A DNA stretch of 64,000 bases, from positions 196,943 through 260,942 of the forward strand of contig JALMLS010000368.1 in NCBI GenBank assembly GCA_038496445.1. The letters run 5' to 3'. The position numbers were made by a program, and so were the translations under genes. The notes beneath the pieces were generated by a model. That model was not told the DNA's origin. It did no database searches and saw only the letters and a list, made by a program, of their open reading frames with translations. The DNA comes from Trichosphaerium sp. ATCC 40318. Its lineage: Eukaryota; Protista; Tubulinea. Below are positions 26,564-40,675 of the stretch, in pieces (the stretch's first letter is position 1; each line of letters opens with the position of its first letter).

Positions 26564-27846
26564 ATGGCAGCCAAGGCATCCTTTCGCTGTGAAATATGTA
26601 ATTTGAGCTTCAACAAGGCCGTACAACTCAAAAAGCACGAAAAGACAATTAGTCATGAACGAGCTATTGCTAGACAGGCAGAAATAGCCCAAACAAAGAC
26701 GCAAAGCACCTCACATATAAAAGCGCTTCGCGTACACGGTGAAACATTTCAAGAAGGCATCTATTCACTAAATAAGACAGTAAATACGCCTCAAATACGT
26801 GATACTAACACAATATAGCTCTCTGATCATAAATTTCCGAGCAATCTGAGCTTAAACGACGCGCTTGCCTTGTACTATACGAAAACAAGGCCTAGAAGAA
26901 CAGTAAAGGTACCAAGACACCTATAACGCGTTATCCGCTAAGAATCTACGTTTATAGAATAGGCGAAAGTGTATTTGTACTTTTGTTCAAAATGTCGTTA
27001 CTACTTTGTTCCAAAACTCTCGAATTCGATTGTATGGATCTATATCTCTTAATCTAGACTCTGAAACAAGTGATATCGATGCAAGTATTCAGCTAAAAGA
27101 TACCAAAGCTGATCACGTGGAAGTACTATCAACAGTTGCTTTGGGCATCTCACGTGCTTCTGCTGCAACACTATCAGTGCGCAAAGCGTTGACAGCGAAA
27201 ATACCTTGTGTGACGATATTTGATGAGTTTTCGAGGTTGTCTGTTGACTTGTCTATGTGGAACGCAAACAAGAAGAAAGCACAGGACATAGTTTCTATAT
27301 TTCTAGGGTAAGATTCTTCTTGAAAAAAACACGTGTTTTTGGTGTGTTGACATAACGTGTAGGTTTGATAAACGAGCGACTGTACTAGTTTGGAGTGTTA
27401 GGCAGTGGGCTAAAGCAAATCAATTGAATCATACATACCAACAAGGAACTGTTAATAGCTTTGGTTGGACCCTTTTAACAATTGGTTTTTTGCAATCTGT
27501 TGTAGTTCTTCCTCCATCTCAATCAACTTCTTCAGATTGGTCTAGTGATAATGAATCAAACCTAGGGGACTTATATATTAATTTTTTCGAGTGGCTTAGT
27601 GCTTTTGATGCAGAAACAAGTGTTGTCAGCGTCATAAGAGGTGGTGTTGTTGAAAGAGATGGTAATTCCTTTTTGGAAAACACAACTTTCATTGTTGAGG
27701 ATTTACCACCCAGACCTCCGCCACATGGGAACGTGACACGTCATGTTACAGATAGATCATTAAAGAAAATACAGAGGATCGCAAGAGGGACTGCAAGTGC
27801 ACTTAAAAAAGGCGGTAATCTCTTCGACATTTTAAAGGATGCTTGA
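26564..27846 (+). CDS. C2H2 zinc finger + Cid1/TUTase-family terminal nucleotidyltransferase
   Basis: CEICNLSF..H.K..SH finger; LYGS..SDID; AKIPCV; SVDLS; VRQWAKA; NSFGWTLL.IGFLQ; LGDLYINFFEW; IVED. Confidence 0.88.
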
Positions 27847-28383
27847 AAAAAAAAAAAATCAGTCTTGATCAAAACGCCTTGATACAAGATTAAGATGACA
27901 TGCCCATTTGTAAAATACTGATTCACGAGAACTATCGCGTGTATAGACACTACTTACAGTAACAAAAGTAAAAAAAATTAGAACCCAATTGAGTTATTAA
28001 GGCAGCACTTGAAGGTAATAAAAAATAAAGGAAAAAAAAATGAACAATATCAAGATTTAAATTGTAATGTCGGTGTTTGTCATTGTACATTTTTTGAATG
28101 TCCTACTGTACATTGTTTTTTGTCTCGGTCCCAACAGACTTTTTTTTTTCCACATGTTTTTTTTTTTTTGGTTTGTTCAACAATTCGTTATCATGACCAC
28201 TTCGTCTTTTTTTTTTTTGTATTATTTACAAATAGCCACAAAAATAAATCATCACCAAAAAATCACGGGAAAAAATAGTATCCATGGAGAACCACCTCGA
28301 TTACAAATCGCGGTCTCTTAAGAAAGAATGTGAGCATCAAAAAAAAATCACGTGAAAAAAAGCATGAAATTTCATGGTTCTTA

Positions 28384-31300
28384 CTATTGTTTGTCCTTTG
28401 CCCACTCCTTCAGTTTTGGTGTTGCAGGAAGTTTTCCAGGGCTCATGCCACTCTTGAAGTAAGCTTCGATACCTTCTTTGGTCAACATCCCTTGGGTGTA
28501 ATAGTGGTCGAATGGCATTGTCAAGCGCTCTAATTCAAAAAGTCAATTTAAACAAAAACAATTTTTTTGATTTGTACCTTTGTTCCTGGACTTTGAGTGT
28601 CTGTACCAGTAGATTTGAATGGCTGTGCATAGGGCAGCTTGTGCTTCTGGAGTCTTAAAAAGGAGTTGAGACAAGGAAAGGCAGAAAGAGAAAAAAGAAA
28701 AAAAAGAGTTGTTGTGATTTGTATGTACCTTCAACACAGTAGCAATAAGTGCATCGTATTCTTTTAGAACAGCGACTTCATTATTTGCTAGCTCAGCATC
28801 ATCACTCTTAGCATTTTTACCAACTCGGTCATCAAGGACATAAGTCAATGCATCAAAAATGTTGGTAATAAAAGAGCTGTCTTTTCTTGACGAAGGTGAA
28901 ACATTCTTCTAAACAAAAACTATTAGAAGCTAGAAACAACACAAGGTAGGTAGTATACTAATGCAATGCCAAGGCACGACGAAAACGATGGAGAATCAAA
29001 AGGTATATAGATAGAGGTACAACAAAAAGCAAAATGAATACAGCACCCTACGTTCCCTGGTCCTCACGGACCCAAGTACTGGCAGGGCCATACCATGCTT
29101 ATCTTCGCGGTTCGGAAAGAGACACGGAGTTTTCATGGTTGTATGGCCGTATCCATTAGTAAAGGCGAGATTTTTGAAACTGGTTTGGTCGAAATTGCAA
29201 AAAAACAACTTTTGTGCTATCGCTGCAAATAAACGTACCATGATCCATTCGATGACAGCATCCGCACTTTTTCCTTGTTTAAGGAGATCAGCAGCTGTTT
29301 CTGTTGGTTCTTCTGGTGCTGCATCACTTGCACTATCTAGAATACCATCAAGCTCAAACTCTTCAATGAGTTGATCCAACTGTGAAGGATCCTCCATGAA
29401 CGCCTTCAAGTCAATGCCTTCTTTATTGAGTACTTGTCGTGCAAAATCGAGACCCTATGAATAAATATTAGACCATGGTCACAATACAGCACAAAAACAA
29501 TGAGAGTGTGTCGTACCTTAACATCATAAAGTCGTGTGAAAAATTGGAAAATGTACTTTTGAGATTCCTTAGTTTTGATGTAAGGTTTAAGTTTTGCTTG
29601 TAAGAACTGAACATCAGTAAAAGCGCCAGAAATGTAAATATGGGCATGTGTATTAGCAACTTGCTTCCAAGCCGTTGGTGTGTCCATACGGAACTCAGGA
29701 AAGTTATCAATGAGCATATTCAATCCCTTTAGCCAATTTTCTTTCTTGAACAATGACTGAGATGCAATGTGCTCAAACAACTTTAACACTTTGTCTGTAT
29801 CTGCTCTGCGCTTCATTTCAACCATGAGAGACACGGCTGTTTTTAAAAACTACACGTGAAAGTCAGTACGTTAACACGTGAAAAAAAAATCATGTGTTGT
29901 GTACCAATCCATAAAATTTGGCAGGGATTGTCTTTAGCGTTGTAACAGCACCAGCGTTATCCTTGGCAATTATTTCTTGTACAACAGTTCTGAATAAATG
30001 ATTAGTCTTTAACAAATAAAAACCAAAAAGCAGTGAGGGCGACGTGACTCGAACACGCAACCTTCTGATCTGGAGTCAGATGCACTACCATTATGCTACG
30101 CCCCCTGCTGGATGATTAAATATTGGCCTGGCATAATCCCGGTACCAACTGAAAAGCATTACGAATGCCGTTTTGGTTGTACACCAGTGATTTACCCTGC
30201 ACAACACGAACAAACAACGTACCCAAATGTATCAGCATTAAAAGTGAACTCCTTTTTACGGAATTGTTGACTCTTAGACGAGCCTCTAACTCTTTTACGA
30301 CTCTTTTGGCTGTTGGAGCGTTGAGGCCTTGATTGATTTTCACGAACATCTCCTCTTGGTTGTTGTTGGAAATTTCTCTTCTACAGGTTGAATAAGAACA
30401 CAAAAATGATAAGTTTGTGCTTACCGAGCGCGCATTACCAGTACTTTGGATGGTAGTCCAACCAGAACCATCATTAGTCTTTGTGCGCCTATTTTGACCG
30501 CCACGACTATTACTTCTTGATGCTACAAAAGAAGTTTAAGAAACATGTCAAAAAAAAACCAAAGAGTTAAAAAAACTTACGTTGATTGTTACGTTTATCA
30601 CGGCTATCATTCCTCCTCATAGAAGGTAATTGTGTGCCACGTGAATTAGCCTTTCTCATGCTTGTTGAGGAAGATTTCTTTGTAGGATCGCACCAGTTAT
30701 TCTTACGCAAGGTGATCAAATCATCAAGCATAAAAATAAGACGCTGACAAACAAGTCGTTGGCTGACTAGTTTATTGATGCTTTCAAAGAATGTAGGCAT
30801 ACGCTTAGAGTACTTTGTTTTGTTGAGACGTTCACCTATAAAATTAAGAGTATAAGTAATTTTTACCTTAAGTAAAACGTGTCACGTGAAAAAGTTTTCG
30901 TACCAATTGCAGTTAACAATCTACAGAAATTTTCTATTTCATCTTCATTTGGTTTTTGCCAATCACCCAACAAGCTTCTTAGACAAAAGTCCATAATGCT
31001 AGGCTGTAACATATCCTGCAAGTACAATTGCCCAATAAACTTTACATTTCCAACATTACGTTGTCGGAATTTTACTGCCTGTTCCATGACAGCCAAACGT
31101 GCTTCACCAGTTAATGAATCATCCAATTTTGGTGCAGCTTTTTTGTTTTCAAACTCAGTTTGACATCTGTTAAGCAATAAACGTCTAAAGTCCATAGCCT
31201 AGGAAACAGTACATTAGAAGCTTATTTCTACAAAATTAACGAACGAGTACCTTAGCAGCTGGATCTGCCTTGGCACTATCAGTGACAATCGTCTTGTTTT

Positions 31301-34300
31301 CTAATTTTTTACATAGTTCGGCATATAATACACCATACGTTGGTTCAGTAACGGCCTTATCGTACACAAGGTTGATAATGATTCCAAGCCTGAAGAAAAC
31401 TTTATCAGTATACCGGCGAAATTAAAAAAAATCAAAAAGCAGTGAGGGCGACGTGACTCGAACACGCAACCTTCTGATCTGGAGTCAGATGCACTACCAT
31501 TATGCTACGCCCCCTGCTGGATGATGAAACATTGGCCTGGGACAAACCCGTTACCAAGTGAAAAGCCATCGTACCTGGTCTCATTTTCAATGTCAATGTT
31601 GAGTATATCTTCGCTCAACTTTTCAAAATTATCCTTTGCCAACTTGTTCAAAATAACTTGAACTTGTCTGGTGAGTTTCATATTATCATCCATATTTTTT
31701 GGCCTTGGATTCCATTCTCCTTCACCTGGCTCACGACGTTCTTGAGGGCCTCTACGACCACGTTTGCCTTTGCCACGTGGTGTTTTCCAGCTTCCTCCAC
31801 TCTCTTTGCGACCGCGCTTATCTTTATTTCTCCATCCGCCAGAGTCGTTATTTCTTCCTCTAAAGAACAGTCACTATCAAAAACACGAAATGGAGATAAA
31901 TAAGTTTACAACAAGAAAAAGGTTCAACGCACCTCCTTGATGATGTTGGTCGAGAAAAGTCTGTGCCAACGATATTTTTGATAGCCTCAGTCTTCAACTC
32001 TTCGGGTTGATCAGTGCACAACTATTGAAAAAAAACCGTTAGTAACCAAACAAAAAAAAATGAAAAAAAAATTAAACCTTGGCTAATCACATTGACTGTT
32101 TTAGCGCGTACCTTTTGGAATTGCATCATAAAATTTCTAGAGTACATCTGGCGACCATCACTCGATACTTGAGCACCAGCAGGCGCATCAAAAGGAGAAG
32201 TACTACTCAATAAAGCATTATTAGCAGGTGTTTGATCATCTAGATTAAAATCTCCATCTGCCATTGCTTCCCAATCGTCATCATCTTCTTCTTGCTTATC
32301 TTCAGCCTTTGGTTCCTCTTTAACAGGAGCAGGTTTTGGCTCTTCTTTTGGAGCCTTGACTTCTTCCTTTCTAGCACGTTTTGGCTTATCAGAATACGCA
32401 TCAAATGAAGCTGCAGAGTACTCTCCCTTATCAGCTGCCTTAAGAATATCCTTCAACTTTCTTTTCTTAACTGGAGGAACATAAGGCTCAACCTTAGGCT
32501 CGACCTTTGGCTCAACCTTTGGTTCTTCCTTTACAGGCGTAGCCTCAGCTGGTTTAGGTTCCTCTTGTTTTTCAACAGGCTTCGCTGAAGCAGGTTCAGG
32601 TTCAGGCTCCTCTGTAGCTGGCTTAACGTCCTCTGTCTTGACAGCTTCAGGTTCAGGCTTCTCTTCCTTTTGCTCGTCAACGTTTGGTTTTGGTGCTTCT
32701 TCTTTCTTTGGCTCCTCTACCACTGGTTCAACCTTAACTGGTTCTTCAGGTTTTGGTTCTACCGGCTTCTGCTCAACTGGTTTTGGATCTTCAACCTTTG
32801 GTGTAACCTGTTCTGGTTCAGCAGGTTTTGTAGGTTCAACAGTAGGCTTGACAGGTTCAGGCTTCTCTGTTGATACTTCCTCAACTGCCTTAGGTTCCTC
32901 CACAACTGGCTTGCTAGGCGCTTCAACATTCTCTACTGGTGCAGTCTCCTTCTTTGGTTCAGGTGTAGGCTCAACTGGTTTGCTAACAACCTTTTCGACA
33001 GGCTCCTGTGCCTTTGTAGGTGTTGGAGTAGTATCCTTGACTTCCACAGGTGGTTTAACCTCTTTCTTAGGCGCTTCTTTCGCTACTGGCTTAACAACTT
33101 CTTTTGGTGCCTCCTTTGCAGGTGTAGGCTCAGCAGCAAGCTGTGCAACAGCTTCTCTGAACTGAGCAGCTACCAAAGACGGTGAAGCTTTTGGTGCAGC
33201 AACAACAGGTTTAACACTCTTGGCGACACTATCCACCGGCATACCAATAGAAACAGCAGGAGACCGTTTAGATCCGCCATTTGATTCAGGTTTATGACCA
33301 TTCGTTTGCTTTCCTCCTTGGCTTGGCGCTTCAGGTCCTTTTTCAAGACGAGGTTTAAACGTTGAAGCTTGTGAACCATTGCTTGCCTTGTTGGCTTTAC
33401 CTGATAGTTCAGGTAGTACACCTATAGTTATTTTAAGTACGTGGGCTTTTCGTATAAATAAAAGGGTACCTCCTGGCGTGCGTGGTGAGTTTTGCTTGTT
33501 ATCTTTTTTAAGATTTGCAGAATCAGCAAGGTTGATGGATTTACCAGTTGTAGGGTCTATAATTGGTATTGCTTTGCTCTTTTTTCTGGGTTTTGGTCTA
33601 GCAGGGGAATGCGGCTGATTGTACGTTGTATTACTGTATGCAGCGCTATACCTTAAAGTCAGAAATAAAATGGCAACATACAGTGATAGTAATTGCGAAA
33701 TGGATTGTTTTCTTCACTAATAAAAAACTCAAGAATCTGTATGGTGTTACAAAACGTACCGAGCTCCAGCTGCGTAAGGGTTACCGTTATAAGCTGCTGG
33801 TCCACCGTAAACCATTTGCTGTTGCCAACCACCTTGTGGGTAGTACTGGCGACCATATTGTCCATAACCATAACCTGGTTGAGGTGCACGTGCTCCTCCT
33901 GTATTTTTAAAGTTAGGAAATGTAGAGACGATAATTACAAGCAAAAAAATTAGTTATGTACCAGCCATAGGTTGTGCTTGAGGTCGAGGATGTCCACGCA
34001 TGTTACCTGTATCACAATGAGCAAGAGTTGGTAAAAATAAACGCAGTAGCCACAGTAAAAACCCACCCCCCTTTAAAGCTAAATCTGTTCGCTTAACGTA
34101 CCAGCTTGGTTTCCACCATGGTGTGGCACAGCTTGTGGATTACCCTGATTTTGATACTACAAAGATGTTAATAGCCTAACGCGCAACAAAAGGAGGATGT
34201 TCAGATTTAAAAGCTTGTCAAAAAGAGTACTGTAATAGGAAAGAAAATTCAAACGATGAATCAGCGAAGATCGTTCATTTAAAAAGAAAAAAACGATTGG

Positions 34301-35742
34301 ACCATCAAAGTGTAAACTCAGATTATACCTGATACGCTGGACGATACTGTTGATATTGTTGAGGGTATCCTGGATAGTTTTGTGCAGGGTTACGTTTATA
34401 TGGAGCGAATGCCTTTAAAGTGAGTGAGATTACAAATTAAAAAAATCGATTACAAATCGAAAAACTTTTTTATATTTTGATGCTGGTCAGACATCCAGAA
34501 TAATCAAAAAAAATATCCACAAAATAAAATATTTTTGGCTTAGATTTCGCCAAATTAAGAGAATATTGATTGCATCATAATCTTGAAGGGAATATTCGCA
34601 CACCTTTGTTTTTTGCTGCTCCTCAAGTGATGGTGGCGCTGAACTAGGGCGGTGCATGCCTGCTGTATGAGAATTCACAGCAGGTTGCATGGGTTGTGGT
34701 GATACTGGGTTAGAACCTTGGCCTGTCACTTTTTGAGGAGCTAATTCTTGACCCATTGGAGCATTAGACCCACGAGCAGGCGTCATACCAGCTGTAGGCG
34801 TATTACGAACACCCTGAGACGGCCTACCGCCTTGTGGACCACCCATGCCGTATTGAGGCTGTGGTTGACGACGACCTGCGTGAGATGGCGCAGCAGCGTT
34901 GTAACCCATCTGTTGAGTTGGTCTCATCGGTCCAGGATCTTTAAAACAAGGTTAGAAAAGCATTTTTCACTTTCTTTTTTTTTGGTTTTTTTTTTTCATG
35001 TGGTCGTTTTGTACGACGGTTTTTGCAATCGCCCATGCAGTAGTAAAGTTGTACGAAGGCGTATGAATTAATTTTATGTTTTTCCCAAGAGGTTTGGTTC
35101 CTGTGCATCGAAAAAATCGCAAAAAAAAACTGGCGATAACAGGTGGTTTTAGTGTTGCGGTGTTGAGGTTTAAAAACAACCAAGGTTTCGCGTTTCAACA
35201 AATAATAATTTGTACGCTTGGCGCTTTTTCGTACTTTGTGGTGATGCATGACGATGTGCGTTGCTGCCTCTGCCTACTCCACCAGGGAAATGAGTTCCAT
35301 GTTGTCTAGGGTTTACGCCGCTACCTGCATTGAACACTCAGCGATTTAAAAACAAGCCAGGGCGGAGATAAAAGAGAAAAGCAAGATCGTACGCGTTTTT
35401 CCGTCGCGTGTTGTTGTATGACGAGGTGGGGTCGCTCCGCGGGATATGTGGTTGTTAAGTGTAAATAAAAGAAGGTACAAAGCCCAAGAAAACTGATTAA
35501 AGGGCAAGAAAGCAAAATCTCTTAAAAGTGGCTGAAAGCCTGTGTTTATCACGTATTAATTGACCACATATAATATTGATCACCGTAAATCCCACAGGTC
35601 AACCAGTAGTTGAGAATTTGCTGTTGGGTAAATTGAAAGGATACTTATTGTTACCAGAACCACGTCCGACGCGTTTGTTAGCGTAACCGCCAGATGCCCT
35701 TGGTCCTCGTGTTGTTTTTTTTCCTTGTGTGGTATTTGACAT
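28384..35742 (-). CDS. EIF4G: Eukaryotic translation initiation factor 4G (eIF4E-binding motif, MIF4G, MA3, W2-like end)
   Basis: YSRNFMM (YxxxxL-phi-like), VILNKLAKDNFEKL, YDKAVTEP.YG..YAELC, DFRRLLLNRCQTEFE, GNVKFIGQLY, RLIFMLDDLITLRKNNW. Q/P/G-rich N-terminus and an EPK-rich linker. Start may extend to about 35910. Confidence 0.93.
29036..29154 (-). rRNA. 5S rRNA: 5S rRNA gene inside eIF4G intron 28909-29238
   Basis: 119 nt GGATACGGCCATAC..CCGAAC.GCGAAG.TAAGC..AGTACT.GG..GGGAA..GTGCTGTATTC. Helix I pairs GGATACGGC with GCTGTATTC. Followed by T-runs (Pol III terminator). Confidence 0.93.
30034..30105 (-). tRNA. trnW: tRNA-Trp(CCA), copy 1, in eIF4G intron ~29990-30222
   Basis: GGGGGCG/CGCCCTC acceptor stem, TCTGA-CTCCAGA-TCAGA anticodon arm, GTTCGAG T-loop, TTTTT terminator. 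Confidence 0.96.
31443..31514 (-). tRNA. trnW: tRNA-Trp(CCA), copy 2, in eIF4G intron 31390-31574
   Basis: Identical 72-nt sequence to copy 1, followed by CTGCTTTTT. Confidence 0.96.
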
Positions 35743-36168
35743 GCCACAGGATTGAAAGGACGTTATTAGATTAAAGACTGGGTCTAGATTGCAATATCTC
35801 CCTTTTTTGACAAGGAAGATTGGTGTAGTGGCGACTCGTCCTTTATCCTAAAAATAACGAAGATTATCACTTGCTAGAAAAGTCAGAATTTGTTCAATCG
35901 CCTCCGCCATTTCACTGCTTTTCGGTTCTCTAATTCACGTTAACGAACTGTGCATCTATGCTTGTGGTACTAAACGCAGATATAGTAATACTGCACACTA
36001 CTACAACGATGGATATAGATAATTTTGGGGGTCTGGATTAGTAGATTTAGAAATTTCTGCTTCAACTTTGCAACAAAAATAACCAAATCTAATATTTGTC
36101 TGTACAATAGGGGGGTTTTAGTTTTTTATTTGTTTTTTTTTTTGTGTGTTGTTGGCTGGCGGGTTTGT

Positions 36169-37316
36169 TTAAAACATGAGTATGAACAACATAATAAATA
36201 CACCCATGATGAGTACCATACGTGAAAGCATTTGCCTTTGTTCTTCGGCTGGTGTTAATGGTTGAGCATTTTGCATACCATCCTTTGTAGAAAGAGTGAG
36301 TACAAACGAAGAGTGCGTAAGAAAATTTTAACGACAAAAATAAAAAATAAAAAAACACGTTAAAATTATGTCAACGGTAATCGTCGGAAGTATAATTCCG
36401 CGATGAGGCCCTTTTGGCGATTTTGATGACTGTATAATTTTTTTTTTGTTTGTTATTCCCAAAGATTTAGTGCTCACACAGCGTCATCGGCAAGTACGAG
36501 CGTTGAGAATTGCGGTAGGAGGTTTTTTATCAACGCGTAAATGTACTTTTACAAACGGTTTTTAGAAAAGGCAAAACGTACAAAAGCCATTTCAAAGCCT
36601 GGGAACAGTCCTGCAGAAAAAGATACATTGCCAAATTGTATCGTTGGACCATTATAAGTGAATCCCAGAGGATGAACAAAGTTACCGTGCTGTCTGCCCT
36701 TTTGTAGCGAAGCAATCAGTATTTGGTAAATCAACGTAATAAATAATTATAAAATACCCTGTTTGGAATGGCTCTTGGTGCTGGTGGTCGTTGTCCAGTT
36801 GGTCTTGATGGTATTGTGTCCCTGTTTAGGTTTGATGAGCACTCGAGTTAACATGTTCTAAATGACAGCCAGTCACTTGGTATTTTTACACGTACCTTGG
36901 GTCCTTCGACGCTGACCCATGTCCGTATATTGGAATTAGTGTTGTTTTATCTGGAATACCCGCTTTGCATACGGGACATGTGGCCTCTCCTTGGCATACT
37001 TCCGTCCACTGTAAGTAAGTGTAAGAATAATAAAATAACAAAACAGAAAATTAACTCCAACGCTCGCTCACCCGATATATACACGGCCAACTATTAAACC
37101 GTTAGTTACCGACAAAGAAAGTTACAATTTAAACGTGTACCAGTACAAATGACCACAAACAGTCACAACTGGATCGCAAGCTGAATCCAGGCATATATTG
37201 CATACGAAAGTAGTGTTTTTTGGCTCTTCACCTTCATCCTTTTTTTTCTCGTTTTGAGGCGTATTACGACGTTTCAAGCCATTCGCGTTGGCATCTGTTG
37301 GTGTATGTGCTTCCAT
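36169..37316 (-). CDS. RNF5: RNF5/RNF185/RMA1-like tail-anchored C3HC4 RING E3 ligase
   Basis: [55 protein letters not shown], C-terminal hydrophobic LSRMVLIMGVFIMLFILMF*. Confidence 0.88.
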
Positions 37317-37440
37317 GTTACGCTGCCAAACACGTCATCACGGCGAATTAACATTAAGCGACTTTTAATCTGATTTGACTGCGAAATCGTTTGTGGGAAA
37401 AATCCCCAAAATATTTGATTGACCCCAGTCTTCATTCACA

Positions 37441-40248
<2,808 letters not shown>

Positions 40249-40675
40249 TTAATAAAATAAGAATACATTTTGTCAAAGTTGACTATTTTCTCGACCATGG
40301 TTTTTGTGTTTCTCAAGACTTTTTTTGGCATAAAACTTGTTGGTTCTCTATTCACACCATTGGCTTATTATCATACAGGATGAACTCTATCACTCTTGTT
40401 TGGTACTAAAGAAATACCACACGGCCCTAAATTTTCGAACAACATGTGTGAAATTAAAGTCAAATTAGACAACTTGAAATGGTAACAGTATCACGATTAT
40501 AAGTCAAATTAGACAACAAATACGTTATAACATTGACCTGATAATACCCAAAGTGGTCAAAAGTACGTTATAACATTGACCTGTAAACAAAGTTTTTCAC
40601 AAAGTCCGATTCTTCAAATTCCATAGTTTGATGCCTATTGTCTCGATTGTATAGTTACTTTAATACACAATTGAC

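Noticed and set aside
30106-30157. Box C/D snoRNA on the plus strand upstream of the tRNAs (ATGAT(T/G)A ... CTGA)
   Set aside because: Only ~45 nt, antisense to the host gene, and box D is not conserved in the second copy (GTGA).
30034-31514. tRNA-Trp duplication as a sign of UGA reassignment or suppression
   Set aside because: The anticodon stem is a normal 5 bp. TGA ends several genes (1315, 5622, 27846, 45760), and no in-frame TGA is needed in conserved exons.
32638-33165. Long antisense Ser/Gly/Thr/Phe-rich ORFs (also 8180-8488, 8875-9144, 21942-22400)
   Set aside because: These are shadow ORFs of low-complexity coding exons on the opposite strand.
35743-35910. Upstream ATG or uORF of eIF4G (MAE..., possibly spliced in-frame via a GC donor)
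   Set aside because: The donor GCGATT is weak and the extension has no recognisable conservation; it cannot be supported without RNA data.
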